From the human T2T-CHM13v2.0 reference genome, Homo sapiens: DNA of 64,000 bases. Both the position numbers and the translations under genes were made by a program. The DNA lies in assembly GCF_009914755.1 (NCBI RefSeq), contig NC_060936.1; one strand, given 5' to 3'. Positions 30,607-45,484 of this stretch are shown in pieces (positions within the stretch are counted from its first letter, which is position 1; each line of letters starts with the position of its first letter). Below the pieces are notes generated by a model, which searched no databases, had not been told where the DNA came from, and was given only the letters and a program-made list of their open reading frames with translations.

Positions 30607-31421
30607 AAATTATGGTTTGTGGAAGAAGGGGTATTATCTTGGCATTATAAAGCCACCACAATTAATCTAAAAACTCAGTAGTTGTTGTGGTCCAATTTTA
30701 ATGTAAATATCCTGCAGATGCTTTAGGACAGGCTAAACTAAGGTAGATTCTTGCTGCTCGAAATGATTCATGAGACAGCTTCAGGTGTCCTCTTAGGTCT
30801 CTTCTTTGAGCCCATTTAAACATATAACAGCAATGGTCAACACAGTAATTGTTAAATGTTCAGCTATTTTTCATTTCATTCCATCACTGCTATGTATTTC
30901 TCTGAGTGCCGTGCTCAGCTCAACTTCAGAAAGTGCTCTTGCCACTATCATGAGTGAATAAAATTCTGGCTTTGTTACCAATTTTCCTAGGCTGAACAAA
31001 AATCGGCCCTGACAATCTGTTGAGATTCCCAAGAATCAGACTTATGAAAGCAAGGAACCTGTACACGGTAGGAGCCACAGCCTTGATTCTGGCTCAGTCG
31101 CTCCGCTATTAGTCCAATTCAAGGGAAATTGAGTAATCTCTTGGGTGTTTATTTTTATATCATCACTGATTATTCAGTTTTGATCACAAGGTTTACAGTA
31201 TTTGAATAGTTTTATTACCATACTATATCTTCCTGGAGCATGCCTCGTATAGAAGCATTTTACTCCATTCCAAAATCAGAACTTTTGTTAGGAAGCACAG
31301 AAATTCAAGTGCCACAATGTTGACAAAGAGAAGAATCCACATTACTTTATTAGTTTACTCATTACTTCATTGAAGAATATTCCACAAAGAGAAAAATTAT
31401 CATTAAAAACTTTGAACATCA

Positions 31422-31740
<319 letters not shown>

Positions 31741-34299
31741 AAAAACTTTTAACATGGGAAAGTATGTTGCTGAAGTAGAATAAAGGCTGTCTATATATAG
31801 TCAGTGGATTTTTAAAAATGTATTTCCACAAAAAATTGTACTTAGAAAAAATACCACAAACTCCACTTTTTTTTTTTTTTTAGTTAAGTGAATTGTCTCA
31901 TCTGCCCAACTGTAAAGAGACTACACTACTACCACAATTCTGTTTACTAAGTGGAACAGTGAAATTTTGTCATATCATATATTTGGGTGACACAGAAATT
32001 CACAGGTGGTAATTTTACCCACAAGAGGGAGCTTGTATTTTTATTTTTTTATTATAGAACATGAAAAACTTGAATTAAAATATGAAGTTCTAAAAATGTC
32101 TGTTGATACCATCATCTTTATGTCAAGTCAAATTTTGAGGTAACCAGATTGTAGTTGGCATATTTTTCTTCAATGATAACATATCACTATGGCAAAAGAT
32201 TGGAAATATAATTGGAATTTTAAAAACATTTCCTACCTATATTATAATTAGGTTTTTTTAGATACAAGAATGAAGATGTAGCTGGCAAAGCAGCCTGAGA
32301 GAAAATTCTTTTTAGGTGGTAGTAACATTAGGTGTGTGAAATTGACTAGAATTATTATAAGTACTCTGCACCCAAATTTAATTACATAGCAGTGAAATGA
32401 TAGTTCAGTCATTCTTTTATCAGAAAAGAGGTTGTAAAAACCAATAATTTTCTATGTATTTATAGAACAGGAAACAACCTACTTTAAAAATTACTAAGAT
32501 CGCTGATATCGCTAATATCACTTAAAACTTGTGTAAGTAACGTTGTAACTGGCATGATACCACAATGAACTTTCCTTTCCTAGAGTTGAGAGAAAAAATT
32601 TTCTTAAAAAAAAACTCAGCTCAATTCCTTCATATCCTTTAAGGTCCCTAAACAATATCTTAGGTTGTTAAGACTCTCAAAATAAATAAATACACTCTGA
32701 ACTTTGTAAAAATAAAACGAATTCATCAACTTAAAAACTCCCATCTAAAAAAATAATTTTGGCAACTCTTATTAACCCCTAGTGATCTGTTCTATCACAT
32801 TCAGAGACACAGAAATAACTAGGCTGAAATTTGTTTTCTGACCCTCTGTAAACTGCAGGGGAGACAGATGATAAGAGTTCTGTCACTTTCTCCCAAGGTT
32901 CTTGTCTCAACTTCTAGAACATACTATATAACACAGGCAGGGAGTTGAGAAAGAAGGGGTTAATCATGCTGCTCTTCCTTCTGGAATTTCCAACCTACCC
33001 ATTAAATCATTGTTTTTTTTTCTCCCACTAGGGACTGTGAATCTAATGGACCTAAAATCAATACCTTACAAATGACATAAAAAATATATTCATTTTATGG
33101 ACTAATGTACCCTAGTGTCTGAATCCTATTTACACCCTCTACTTTAAAAAGGAAGGACAGACCCATTTCTGCCAGTAAAAGGTTACTCAGTCACTTTGGT
33201 GACATGCTGCAGAATGCACTGTCATACTAAAGTGCAGCACGAGGGAAAGATTGGTGGCTGCAAAACCACTATTGTGGAAACTTTCAACACTGTGCCGTGA
33301 AATTGCGTTAAGAAACACAGTCAGGGAGGAGCACGCAGGTAGCTTCAAAGATGTTAGCCATGTTCTGAGGTGCTTTGACGGGTCTCTGTTTCATCATCTT
33401 GTTTCATAACTTAAAGTATATTATATAAAATTTTAAGTGGATCAAATATTACATAATATCATTTTAAAAACAAACACAGCTTTCACTTAATAGTGAATTC
33501 TATCATGATTGAAAAAAACTGGATAAAAATTCCTAAGAGGCAGAAATGTTCACTAACATACCAAAGCACTACTAGCCAAATAGACATAGTGTGTGATCAA
33601 GCCACATTAAAGGGGACAGAGGCAAGCCCCGGGGAAACAAAGGGTATTTCATTTACCAGATACAGCAGGGACACAATCACAAAAGGTGACTACTGCTTGG
33701 TGTTTCACATATTGAGAAAGTATGCTTATGAGAGGGTTTTATGTTTACAGAACATTCTCCAAACCAAAGAACCCACATACTTCATCAAAAGCCATTCTTA
33801 TCATTTACAAAGTATTAAGGTTTTTTTTTTTAGCATAATACATTGGTAACTTTTTTAAAATTTTGAGAATATCTTCTTCTACATTTAGTATTTTTATGAT
33901 ATCAAATATAGGGCAACCCAGTACAAATGCAAAGATACCTTCAGTTTCATTGCAAAGATTAAAGTGTCAGGGGAAGGGAGAGAGAGAGAGAGGAAAGAAA
34001 AAAAAAAACAAACCTAAAAATTAAGGAAAGAACTTTTCTCCTAGGAAAATATCACCTGACTTACTTTTTGTTTCCATGGGTACAAATAGAAAAGAGAATA
34101 ATGAGTAAGAAAACAAACTTTAAAACAGATAGTTTTTGAGAGAATACTAGCAACAGGTCAGCATGAAATTTCCAGTTCAGTTTTACTGGCTTAAAATCTA
34201 TACGGTTATAAAATTACCAAAAGGAAAAAAAAAAAAAAAAAAAACTGTTGTTCTTTATTCCATTTGCCAACCAGAGTCATTTATCCCCTATTAGATAAA

Positions 34300-34720
34300 G
34301 TATAATAGACTCTACGGAAAGGGTCATTGGCCTTCCATTTAATGATATTGCCAGCCCCAATCTGCATTTTCCCAGCAATGTCCCTCAACACAGAATAAAT
34401 GGCTGATCTCTTCACAATAACAGCTGATTTCTATTTATTAAGCTAAAAAGGTCACCATTTTCTACGGCTGGGCCGCCCTGCACTATTGATAATTTTATGC
34501 ATAAACAAATGGCAAATTTGTGCCACATAAATATGCATTAGCAATTACTTTTTCCTTGGGCAACGCTCACCGCATGCAAATGTGTACCTCGCAGGGCCTG
34601 GTAGCTTTTGTTTTAGCTCTTGAACAGTGAAACAAAAGAGCACAATAAACAATTTTAAAATTGCCAATCAATAAGCAATGCAAATGCAAAGGTAAATGGC
34701 AAGAAACTTGCTCAGAAACA
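34300..34720. promoter_or_regulatory. Candidate conserved POU/SOX/FOX enhancer
   Basis: Repeat-free. ATGCAAAT at 34574 and 34678, palindrome TTTATGCATAAA 34494-34505, TAAACA and AACAAT cores, retained CpGs. Confidence 0.5.
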
Positions 34721-35197
34721 GCAAAACAAAAGTGAAGCATGAGAGGGATGGGGAAGGATTTTCTTTTTTATATTATTTCATTTCTTTCTCTTTGATAATG
34801 AAAAGGCTAAAGTACTCTTGACACAGAACAGCTAGCTAGGCTGGTACTAAAGCAGATGCCAGATGGGGAAAGGAGAAAATATACACATGTTGAATAAACA
34901 CACACATCCCAAAAAAGAGGGTAAGAGGAAAACTGTGTTCCTCGATGCATCACCTACTCAAATTTCTGATGGTCAATTTCAGAGATTTGTAAGAATATTC
35001 AATTTCAGAGATTCAAAGAATTTTAAAACTAGGAGGAGCTACAGAGACTCAACCAAATCTCAATTCCGTAGTACTTTGCTATGCTGTTGTTTCCTAATGT
35101 CACCTCCCTCAGTAAAAAGGAATATACATGATCAATAAATGCGATATCTTTAGGAACACAAAGAAAAGGGATAAACGAGGAATATATAAGAAATAAA

Positions 35198-35396
35198 GGG
35201 AGGGATAGCATTAGGAGATATACCTAATGTTAAATGACGAGTTAATGGGTGCAGCACACCAACATGGAACATGTATACATATGTAACAAACCTGCACGTT
35301 GTGCACATGTACCCTAAAACTTAAAGTATAATAAAAATAAATCAATAAATAAAAATTAAAAAATAAATAAATAAAAATCAATATTCATCAGAAAAA
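35198..35396 (+). mobile_element. 5'-truncated L1PA (L1PA4-like) 3' end
   Basis: gggagggatagcattaggagatatacctaatgttaaatgacgagttaatggg...ccctaaaacttaaagtataat; TSD aagaaataaa (35188-35197 / 35397-35406). Confidence 0.95.
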
Positions 35397-35604
35397 AAGA
35401 AATAAAAAGCAATCTACAAAATGTTTAAAATAAAAACCCTAATCTCAAAACAATGCGAGAACAATGTCAGGCACAAGAAGCAAGAAGCATAAGAAAAACT
35501 AGAAACAAAAAAAAAAAGGTGTTGCCCAATTTGAACAGGAAAACAATAGATAACTCAAAAAAGCTGATTCTTTTAAATCAAAAATTAGCCTTAAGAGATT
35601 TTTT

Positions 35605-35790
35605 AGTGTTATTTACCGAGCACTATTCTAAGTGCTTTACACTTAGATCCATTACACTTCATCTTCACAAAACCCTCGAAGGATGGTACTATTAGCGCCG
35701 CTCCCATTTCCTAGTGCTGAGGCGCAGGGAGGTTAAGTTAATTAGGGCAGTGCTAGATCTGGGTCTTGACCCCATCTGAAGCCAGCACCT
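35605..35790 (-). mobile_element. MIR
   Basis: atttaccgagcac...ctaagtgctttaca...cttcacaaaaccct...ctgaggcgcagggaggttaagt. Confidence 0.75.
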
Positions 35791-37214
35791 GCAAGCATCA
35801 CTACTGCTAATACTTGCCATCCATTCTTTAAAAGCCATCCATGTTGACCCGGTTGAAAAATTTCTTCTGACCTGTGTAGACAGCTTTACCTTTGCATAAA
35901 TAAATCACACTGTGTTTTAAACATCTATATTCAGGCCTTATGTGAGTTTCTTTGGCCAAGTGATTAAAATACTTTAGCTTCTGTAAAATATATAAATGTT
36001 AACTTGTATGTTAGTACAGATGTACCTTAGTATATTAGTGCATGTGCACTGAGAACGTGCCGTAGTCTTAACCACTGGAGAACAGAAAAACACTTTGTGA
36101 TCCCATCTTGATCTTAATGTAATTAAAGGTTTTACTATTCCTCAAAGGATTAACAAGATTTACCCACAATGTTGTAAAAATAAATATATAAAGTATTCTT
36201 GGCTAAATGAAAATAGGCAAACCTGGAAATCTAAAACCAGCAAGTGGTTCTGTCTTGCTCAGAGCCAAGAGAAGTCTTCACAGGTATCTCTTAGAATCCT
36301 GATATTGATCCTAAAAGTCAAACTTCTTTACAGAAGGTCACAAAACTTCTCCCAGCAATATTTTCCTCCTGGTAATATCAGTGTTGGAAGGCCAGGACTG
36401 TTGCTTGCATATACGGTGCCTTTGTCTGAGTAACAAAAAGATGACCCCTTGGGGGAGGCCATTCAGAAAATATGCCACCTGCACAACCATACCTGGTAGT
36501 CCTTGAAAAGACTTTAGAGTTTCCTTACTTGGAAAAGTGTTATTGTTAATATTAAACTCCGTCTTTTTAAGAACCAAGAACCTACTCTTTAATACAAAAT
36601 CAGTATAAAGATGCATTCCAACACGATAGCGATATCTTACATGTTAATTCAAATAACTACGTAGCTAGGGTACTCCTATTTCCTTCTGTTTTGTTTCAGT
36701 TTTCAATCTTTGTGGCTGTGTATATAAAAGCTTGGGTATGTTTTTTCTTATTATTAACTAAATGCAACCAATATGTGCCGAAAGCCATTAATTTATAACA
36801 GGCAAAGTTTTAGTTATAATCATTCCTTACCCAAATGCTCACTCTCTATGCAAGGTAAGTAATTTAAACTAAAACCATGAATATTCCAGCTAAAGTAGAG
36901 TTTGTCTGAAATTTCTAAGTACTCATAGACTCTACTATGTAGAAGTCATGTAAATGGAAGTGAACAGGAAGTATGTAAAAAGTGTGGTTGGGTTAAATGG
37001 ACGTTGCAATGTCCAAAGGCTCACCATGGGTTTCACAGCCAGAGGCTATGTCAGATAGTCGCATTGTCTGTCCCCAATCCCACAAAATTAGATTTAAGTA
37101 GCGGTTATCTTTGGGGGATTCAGAAAGTCTTAGAGAACAACAGGAAATTCTAGTGAAGATTTTGTGTGAACAGCAGGAGGGGAGCCACTGCCTCATTTGC
37201 CCTGGGTGAGGGTC

Positions 37215-38176
37215 TTGCCAGCCACTCTGCTTTAGACACATCTTTCTTTGCCCATACCCTGCTCTGCTAATCCCTGGTGTAGGCTGATCCCTGGAGGTCA
37301 AGTTTCTCAGGCTTCTCTAGGAGTCACCTTCCAGGTGAGTTTCACTACTGGGAGGAGAGCTGATGGAGGTGTAAGGAGAATGTGGGAGGCACACGTTTTT
37401 TTTCTTTGTGTGTGTGTGTGTGTGTGTGTGCGTGTCTTTCATTTAACTTTTTAAACATTTATTATAGACAATTACAAACATATTTAAAAAATAGAGATAC
37501 TAGTAAAACAAACCCTCATCAACCACATCCAAATTTCAGCATCTATGAACCTTCTGCTATTTGAGTTTCTCCCTCGTCTTTCCTGGCTTCCTGCCTCAGG
37601 CAGCAGACTCTTCTTGGTCTACCTCCTGCCAGGCAGGCTCACATGGTTCCAGCTGCAGTCCAGTGACCCTGGTAACCCCATCTATTCCCTTTGTCTCTCC
37701 AGTATAAAGGTGGTAGCAATTTTTTGCTGTTCCTGAAGCCTAGGTTGCTCTTTTACAATTTTTACTGTCAATGTGTAACAATTTTCCAACATTATATACC
37801 ACCTTTTGAAAATAATCAGGCTGAGCGTGGTGGCTTACACCTGTAATCCCAGCACTTCGGGACGCTCAGTCGGGTGGATCACCTGAGGTCAGGAGTTCGA
37901 GACCAGCCTGACCAACATGGTGAAACCCCATCTCTTCTAAAAATACAAAAATTAGCTGGGCGTGGTGGCAGGCACCTATAATCCCAGCTACTTGGGATGC
38001 TGAGGCAGGAGAATCGCTTGAACCCTTGAACCCGGGAGGTGGAGGTGGCAGTGAATGGAGATCAAGCCTTTGGACTACAGCCTGGGCAACAGGGTGAGTG
38101 AGATTCCATCTCAAAAAGAAAGAAAAAAAAATAATCAGAGTGGCTTCTGACTTCCTGCTTGGACCCTGAGCATACA
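37215..38176 (+). mobile_element. LTR33-like ERVL LTR interrupted by (TG)12, an L1 tail fragment and an Alu
   Basis: ccctgctctgc...tttctcaggct...tgggagg; 3' end gagtggcttctgacttcctgcttggaccctgagcataca. Confidence 0.6.
37819..38127 (+). mobile_element. AluS (Sq/Sp-like)
   Basis: gaccagcctgaccaacatgg; TSD aaaataatcag; small cttgaacc duplication. Confidence 0.93.
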
Positions 38177-39523
38177 GATTGCTAATTTTATTTTATTTTT
38201 TATTATCTGTTGGTAGAACTACCATTTATCCCCCTTATTCTGAGCTCCTTTGAAGTATTAACAGGTCAAGACTTCGTAAAGCATGGTACCCTTTCAACAG
38301 CATGAGGCCCAGTATGCTGGTCCAATATTTGCAATGCCTTAAGTATGATTCCCCATATATAATATTCATGTTTTCATGTACAATCTATTTTACATGACAA
38401 TAAACAATCTATTCTTATTCTATACCTTTTGTTGATTGCTTATCGATATTCTTTACAAACTTGCTTTGTCTTAATCTATGGGCCAGTGAAAGAAGAGCAG
38501 CGCTATACTGGTTCTGGAAATTCTACATCAGTGCCTAACATCATGGAAATCTGCCTAGTCTATTTTAAGGAGGTAGCTCAGTCTGGCATGAAAATACATT
38601 TTTCCAGTGGTAGGTGGCAGCGACTAGTTAACAAAGTTTATGTCTTAGACAAGACATGTTTAACATGTAGTCATTTGTTTATTTATAACAAAACATGACC
38701 TTCCAGTGTTAGGAATAAACACACACACATCATAAAAATGACTGATGTTCAATGGCTCTTACAAAATTACATTTTGAAAAATTATGGGATGATGAATCAA
38801 ACATATAGATTACATTTCTGTGAAACAGACATGTGCTTAATAATTAACGGAAAAAGATAAAAATAATATTTATAATTTTGTCTTACCCAAAACACTTGAA
38901 TAATTATGTAATCATATAGCTACATGAAGACATCCTCATCAAATTTGAACTAGAATCTGTGAGGAAATTTTAAAATATGAAAACATCTAAAACAGAAATG
39001 ATGGACTTAATCCACAAGCTGAAACTTTAACCTGCTTTAATATAAAGTTTTACTATATAAATAAAAAATACAGAAGAAAACATTTGCTTTAAGGATAATT
39101 CACAAGACCTTGCAATGTTTGACAATCACAATGCAAGCAAAAAATGAGACGTGACAGTAAAAAAAGAGAAAAAAGGGAATACAGTTAATAATTGTAGTGT
39201 CCAATCAAATGTAGGTAAAACTAACACCAATGGTAAGACAATATTTCAAACACGAGTTCCAGACTAGTTTCAATCCTGTATATATGGAACTCGACAGTCA
39301 GAAAAGATCAACCCAGAGCATAGTGTGCATGACAATTGTGCTAAATCGGGTACTATTAGGAGGAGAAGATACATTCAGTTTGAAAAAGATCAAATTCAAG
39401 AGCTTGGGAGGGCCAGTCATAAAGTACAATCAGATATTTGAAGGGTTGTCATTTGGAAGAGTAAGACTAGATATATTGTCTCATGCTCCAGATGAAAGAA
39501 CAAGAGTTTTTTAAATATATAAA

Positions 39524-39709
<186 letters not shown>

Positions 39710-41076
39710 TGAAAAATAACTTTTTAAAATAAGCTATCCAGCAATGGCATAAACTAAAGGAAGCCAAATGACTTAGGGTGTACGAAGGGCTGTGGATACA
39801 GAAAGAACGGGTCACTCTGGCTTTGTTACTTATCCAAGTGATCTTGGACACAATTAACCCATTTATGCCTCATGTTTTCTCATTGGTAAATTTATTCCAG
39901 CATACACCATACCAAGGAAAGGTAAAAGATCAAACAGAGACTGACTACAGAACCATCTGTCAGAGGTCTGGGAATAGAATTTTTGAACTAAACTAGATAT
40001 TGGGTCATGTAGCTTTAAGACCCATCCTAAACTGAGACTAAATTATTCTAGTCCCCGAAGGTCAGGTGGATATGTTCACTTCAGGCAGGAATGGTTGGTT
40101 CTAAATATTTAAAAGCGGGAAAAGACTGTTGCAATTCTGCAGTTTTAAAAAAGTCATAGCATCAGATAGAGAAAAGATATTCATATTTGACCCAAAAGAA
40201 AGCTAAATAAAACTTACAAGGTATTTTTAGTTAATAAAACACATGTAACATCAGAAAATAAGTCAGATATGATTATTTAAAGCAGCAATATTCATTTTTG
40301 AAAAATTTACAGTATTAACTTTTTCTCGTCTTTAAAATCTCTACTCAATTTACAGATAACTTCTTGGATACAGAGGAAACATGAACAAAGTACTTGTGCT
40401 TTTTGAACACTAAGTGCTGCTTCCTTGCCGCTGTCAGCCAAGCCCTTCCACCACTCCTTCAACCGTGCCTTCTGTCATGGCTACTCAGCCCATGGCAACC
40501 CAGAAGAACACAGAAGCGCGAGCTCAGCAGGGCTAAAGGGCATCTTAAAAACAGTGATTCTCAAATCCTTTTTTTTTTTTTTTTTTTTTTTTTGCAGTGC
40601 CCCAGGGTTCTTCTAGTTATTTTCAAGGAATGCTCTAAAATTTTCAAAAAAATTCTTAAAATCATTTTTTCTTGTCCTAAAAATTATAGATCTCTTTGGG
40701 CTTTTCAAGTCATTTTTACTTAAGCGATCTGATTTGAGCTTCAGCAATTCTTTATGGTAGGTATGACAGGGCTGATCCCTCTCTTACAAAGAAAAAACTC
40801 AGAAAAATTCTTACGAGACCCCAAATCACAGAACAACAATGCAGCAGGAAACAGGCAAGAACCCAAGTCCAGTCCTCTGTACTGCCCTCCGTACTCTATA
40901 ACAGATCACACCCAGGAGTAAGAACTGGCAAAAAGGAAATTTTGGAATCCCTCAAACTATGGAAGCGTTAATTTCTTTCCAGGGCCATGAATGTTTATCA
41001 GGATTATGCAACACTCTCTATGTGCCTTCTTATTCATTGACAGAATATTGTTTTTACTTTTAAAGTGGGATTAGCA

Positions 41077-41287
41077 CAGTGCTTCACAACTGAGGGTGAT
41101 TATGTCCCTGGGGGACATTTGGGAGTGTCTGGAAATATTTTTATTGTGATGACTTGGAGGATGCTACTGGCATCTAGTGGGTAGGGGCCAGGGATGCTTC
41201 TAAACATCCTACAGTGCCCAGGACAGCTCCCACAACAAAGAATTATCTGATCCAGAATGGAAGTGGTGCTAAGGTTGAGAAACCCTG
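41077..41287 (+). mobile_element. MER20 (hAT-Charlie)
   Basis: cagtg...ggggacatttgg...tgctactggcatctagtgggtag...gaattatctg...ttgagaaaccctg; perfect 8-bp TSD gattagca. Confidence 0.95.
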
Positions 41288-42024
41288 GATTAGCAGTATT
41301 TTCATTTAAGCCATCTGTTTTTGTCTCTTACTTTTGTTACATAAACATAATAATGCTTTCAGAGTATAACATTTTCTGGGTGCTAATGACTGGTTTGGCC
41401 TAAGACTATCAGCTCTTAGACAGTCACTAATTCCACAAAATGCCCTATGCCTTAATCTTTGCTGTTTGACAATGCATTGAACAGTGGTTCAAGTGACAGA
41501 GGTCACCGTTACTGAGATAAATTGTTCATAAAATAATTTGTCATGGTATTTATAACAGTTTGCTTATAAGAGTGTTAAAAATAAAGCGATGCAAATGGAG
41601 AAAGTCAGAATTACACATTTCAATAATATGAATTGGGAATGGAAATTCAGTTGTGAATAAAGGAGTAACCTTTGACTTTTCTGTGTATAGCACACATTGA
41701 AAACCTTGCAACAATGCCCAACCTTTAAAAAAAAAAACGTGGTGAGGAAGGAGTGTGCGGCCCCTCCCCACCACCTGCACACCAATCTTTAAAAGTGAAT
41801 TTGGTTCTCTTTTTACTTGCGAAGTTTTTCAATAGACATTATAATAATTAATAATCTATTCTCAGAGAACCTTTTATTCTTTGCCACAGTTCATTCTCTG
41901 TCTCATGATGTCTTCTGTGAGGTATCTTTCTTGCTTAGTCCTTAGATACGTAACCACCTAAATAATGACTTTGAACTTAGAAACTTAAACTTTTTCTTTC
42001 ACATGTCCCTTTAAGAATCTGAAG

Positions 42025-42297
<273 letters not shown>

Positions 42298-42332
42298 TTA
42301 CAAACCTAATCCATAAAAATACAAATTTCCAT

Positions 42333-43142
<810 letters not shown>

Positions 43143-43339
43143 ATGCACCCAGAAAACATAAGCATACTGTTTTTAACAGATGGCCATTTTATCCTCATAT
43201 CCAAATCCAGAAGGCTAAAAGTATTTATTTTGATATCTTAGTCAGTAAACAGAGGGGAATGACCATAGACTCTAATATCTGAAAAGTACCTTAAAAATCA
43301 TACAATGTTAGGTTGATTCCACAAAAATATATTTGGCTA

Positions 43340-43560
43340 ATGATAGTAATAATAGTCAGCATTAATTGAGTGGTTTCTACATGCCAGGCACTTTGTCAGG
43401 AGCCTAGCAAATATTATTGAAATTTATTCTGACAATAGCACTGATGAGGCGGCCATTATTATCCTCATTCCACTAGGGGAAGATAAGACCTAGGTAAATT
43501 AAGTAACTTGGCAAAGGCTACACAACTGGTCAGTGTTGGAGCCAGAATTTAGGTTCAGAG
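43340..43560 (-). mobile_element. MIR
   Basis: aattgagtgg...tgccaggcactttg...ccattattatcctcatt...taagtaacttggcaaaggctacacaactgg. Confidence 0.8.
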
Positions 43561-45484
43561 GTGAAATGTGAGCCCATCTTGTGTCCTCCTAAACTTTCCT
43601 TTTCTGCCTCCCCACCACCCCCCTCTCCCAGCCACACTGGTGGTATAAAGGCATGGTCCCTGCTCCTGACGGACTCACGCTATAAAGAGGGAGAGATATA
43701 AAAATAGATAGTTTCAAAAGAATGTCCTAAGGGCTTTGTTGGAGTATGCACAGGAAGTTCCTAGAGCAAGGGAAGGGCCCAGCCTTCTCCAGGAGCCACC
43801 AATAGCTTCCCAGACAAAAGGATAATGAAGGCGAGTCTTAAAGGATGATTAGAAGTAGGTCAGGTAAAGAAGCAGGGGTCTTGATTTTACACATGAGGAA
43901 ACAGAAGCCCAGACACAGGGCTAAGTTCACATAGCTACTTGTAAAAACAGGGTTGCAGTTTGATGGCTGATAAATTTTTACTATTTCTTGCTGCTTACAA
44001 AGATTATTCCTCCCTTCGTATTAGGCAATAGGCAGTACTCAGTATTATCTACTGTTTATACTGTCATTATTCTCCTTTTATTATTATTTTTAAAATATGA
44101 CATGATTAGGCACTGGGCAGTCAATAAAATAATATGTGAATATAGTGTCATAAGAGAGTCTCTTTGCTAAGAAGGGCACACAGCACGTCACAAAGTATCC
44201 AAAGTGTTAATAAATCACTCGGAAATTTAAATGTTATTTTCTGTTAGATTTTATTGAGGGATTTATCATGATTATAGACAAAGTTCCAACAAGGTCAACA
44301 TCAACGTTCCAAAGGCATGAGCAGGTAAGCTAAAGAGAGATCAAATAAATTGTTTAAATGGTACAGCACAGGTAGTTCTCACGAATGTCTCTGCAACCAG
44401 CCTAACTTCCATTAACATAGTTAGAAACTCTCTGATATGAAGAAAATTATTATAACTTCAGATATTACTCTAAGGAGCTATTGCTGTAGAATAGAAATGA
44501 AGAGATGTAGATAAATCTGCTAATGTTCATCTTATTCACATAAAATGTGCATATAGAAACAGAAAACAGAAGCAAGAAATTCAAGGAAATCATGCTCAAT
44601 AAAGATTTGAGTACAGTTGTAACACTTTCTAAGTTACTAATATAGTATGTTCATATAGGTTCTAATACAGTATGGCTCAGTATGGTTTGATAGTTAATAC
44701 TTGGAATTAGAAAGTGAGGTGACAAGTATACTGACTAAATGAGCAAAAAATTACCACAATATTCCTGATTGACCAGACTGTTTTTATAGGACAGTATCAC
44801 CACCACTACCATCACTATGTAGCATCACGACATGTATTGAGTGTTGCCTATATAAAAGGAAGCACTGTGGTTGCCAGAGATGAAAGTGCCGTGGTCTCTG
44901 CTCTGTAGCTGCATTTATGGATGGGTGGAGGTGGAAGTAACAATAACATACAGTTACATAAAATAACTACTGTAATTCACCCAACAAACTCTTACAGAGC
45001 ACTTGCTCTGAGCAAGGCACTATGACAGGCTTGACAAAGGAATCCAAGAAAGAAAGGGAAGTAAGGACTGGAACTAAGGAGAAGAAAACATGCTAACAGT
45101 GACTTGCACTTCAAACACAGTTGTTTCTAGTTCTTACCTGAACCAGAAATGATCAATAGTGGCAGGGTGCCAAGATCAATGGCAGCCCAGGGTCAGAATC
45201 ACTGACATCAATATGATCAGTATTACTCAGTCTCATCAAATTGAGGGATTCTTTTGCAGTGAAGAAAACTGGATAGTGTTGAATAGAATTTCACTAAAAA
45301 GGAGACTAATGCTTCAGGATTATTTATTTGAAAATCTATTTAAAAGTTGCATAAATAAAATTTTTGAAATGCTTTTCAATATTTAAAAAATATCTAAAAT
45401 GTGATTTATTCATCATAGTTATAAGCCAATGGAAGGATCATAGATACATTACACTTATGTACCTGCTACAAAATGAGAACTCAT

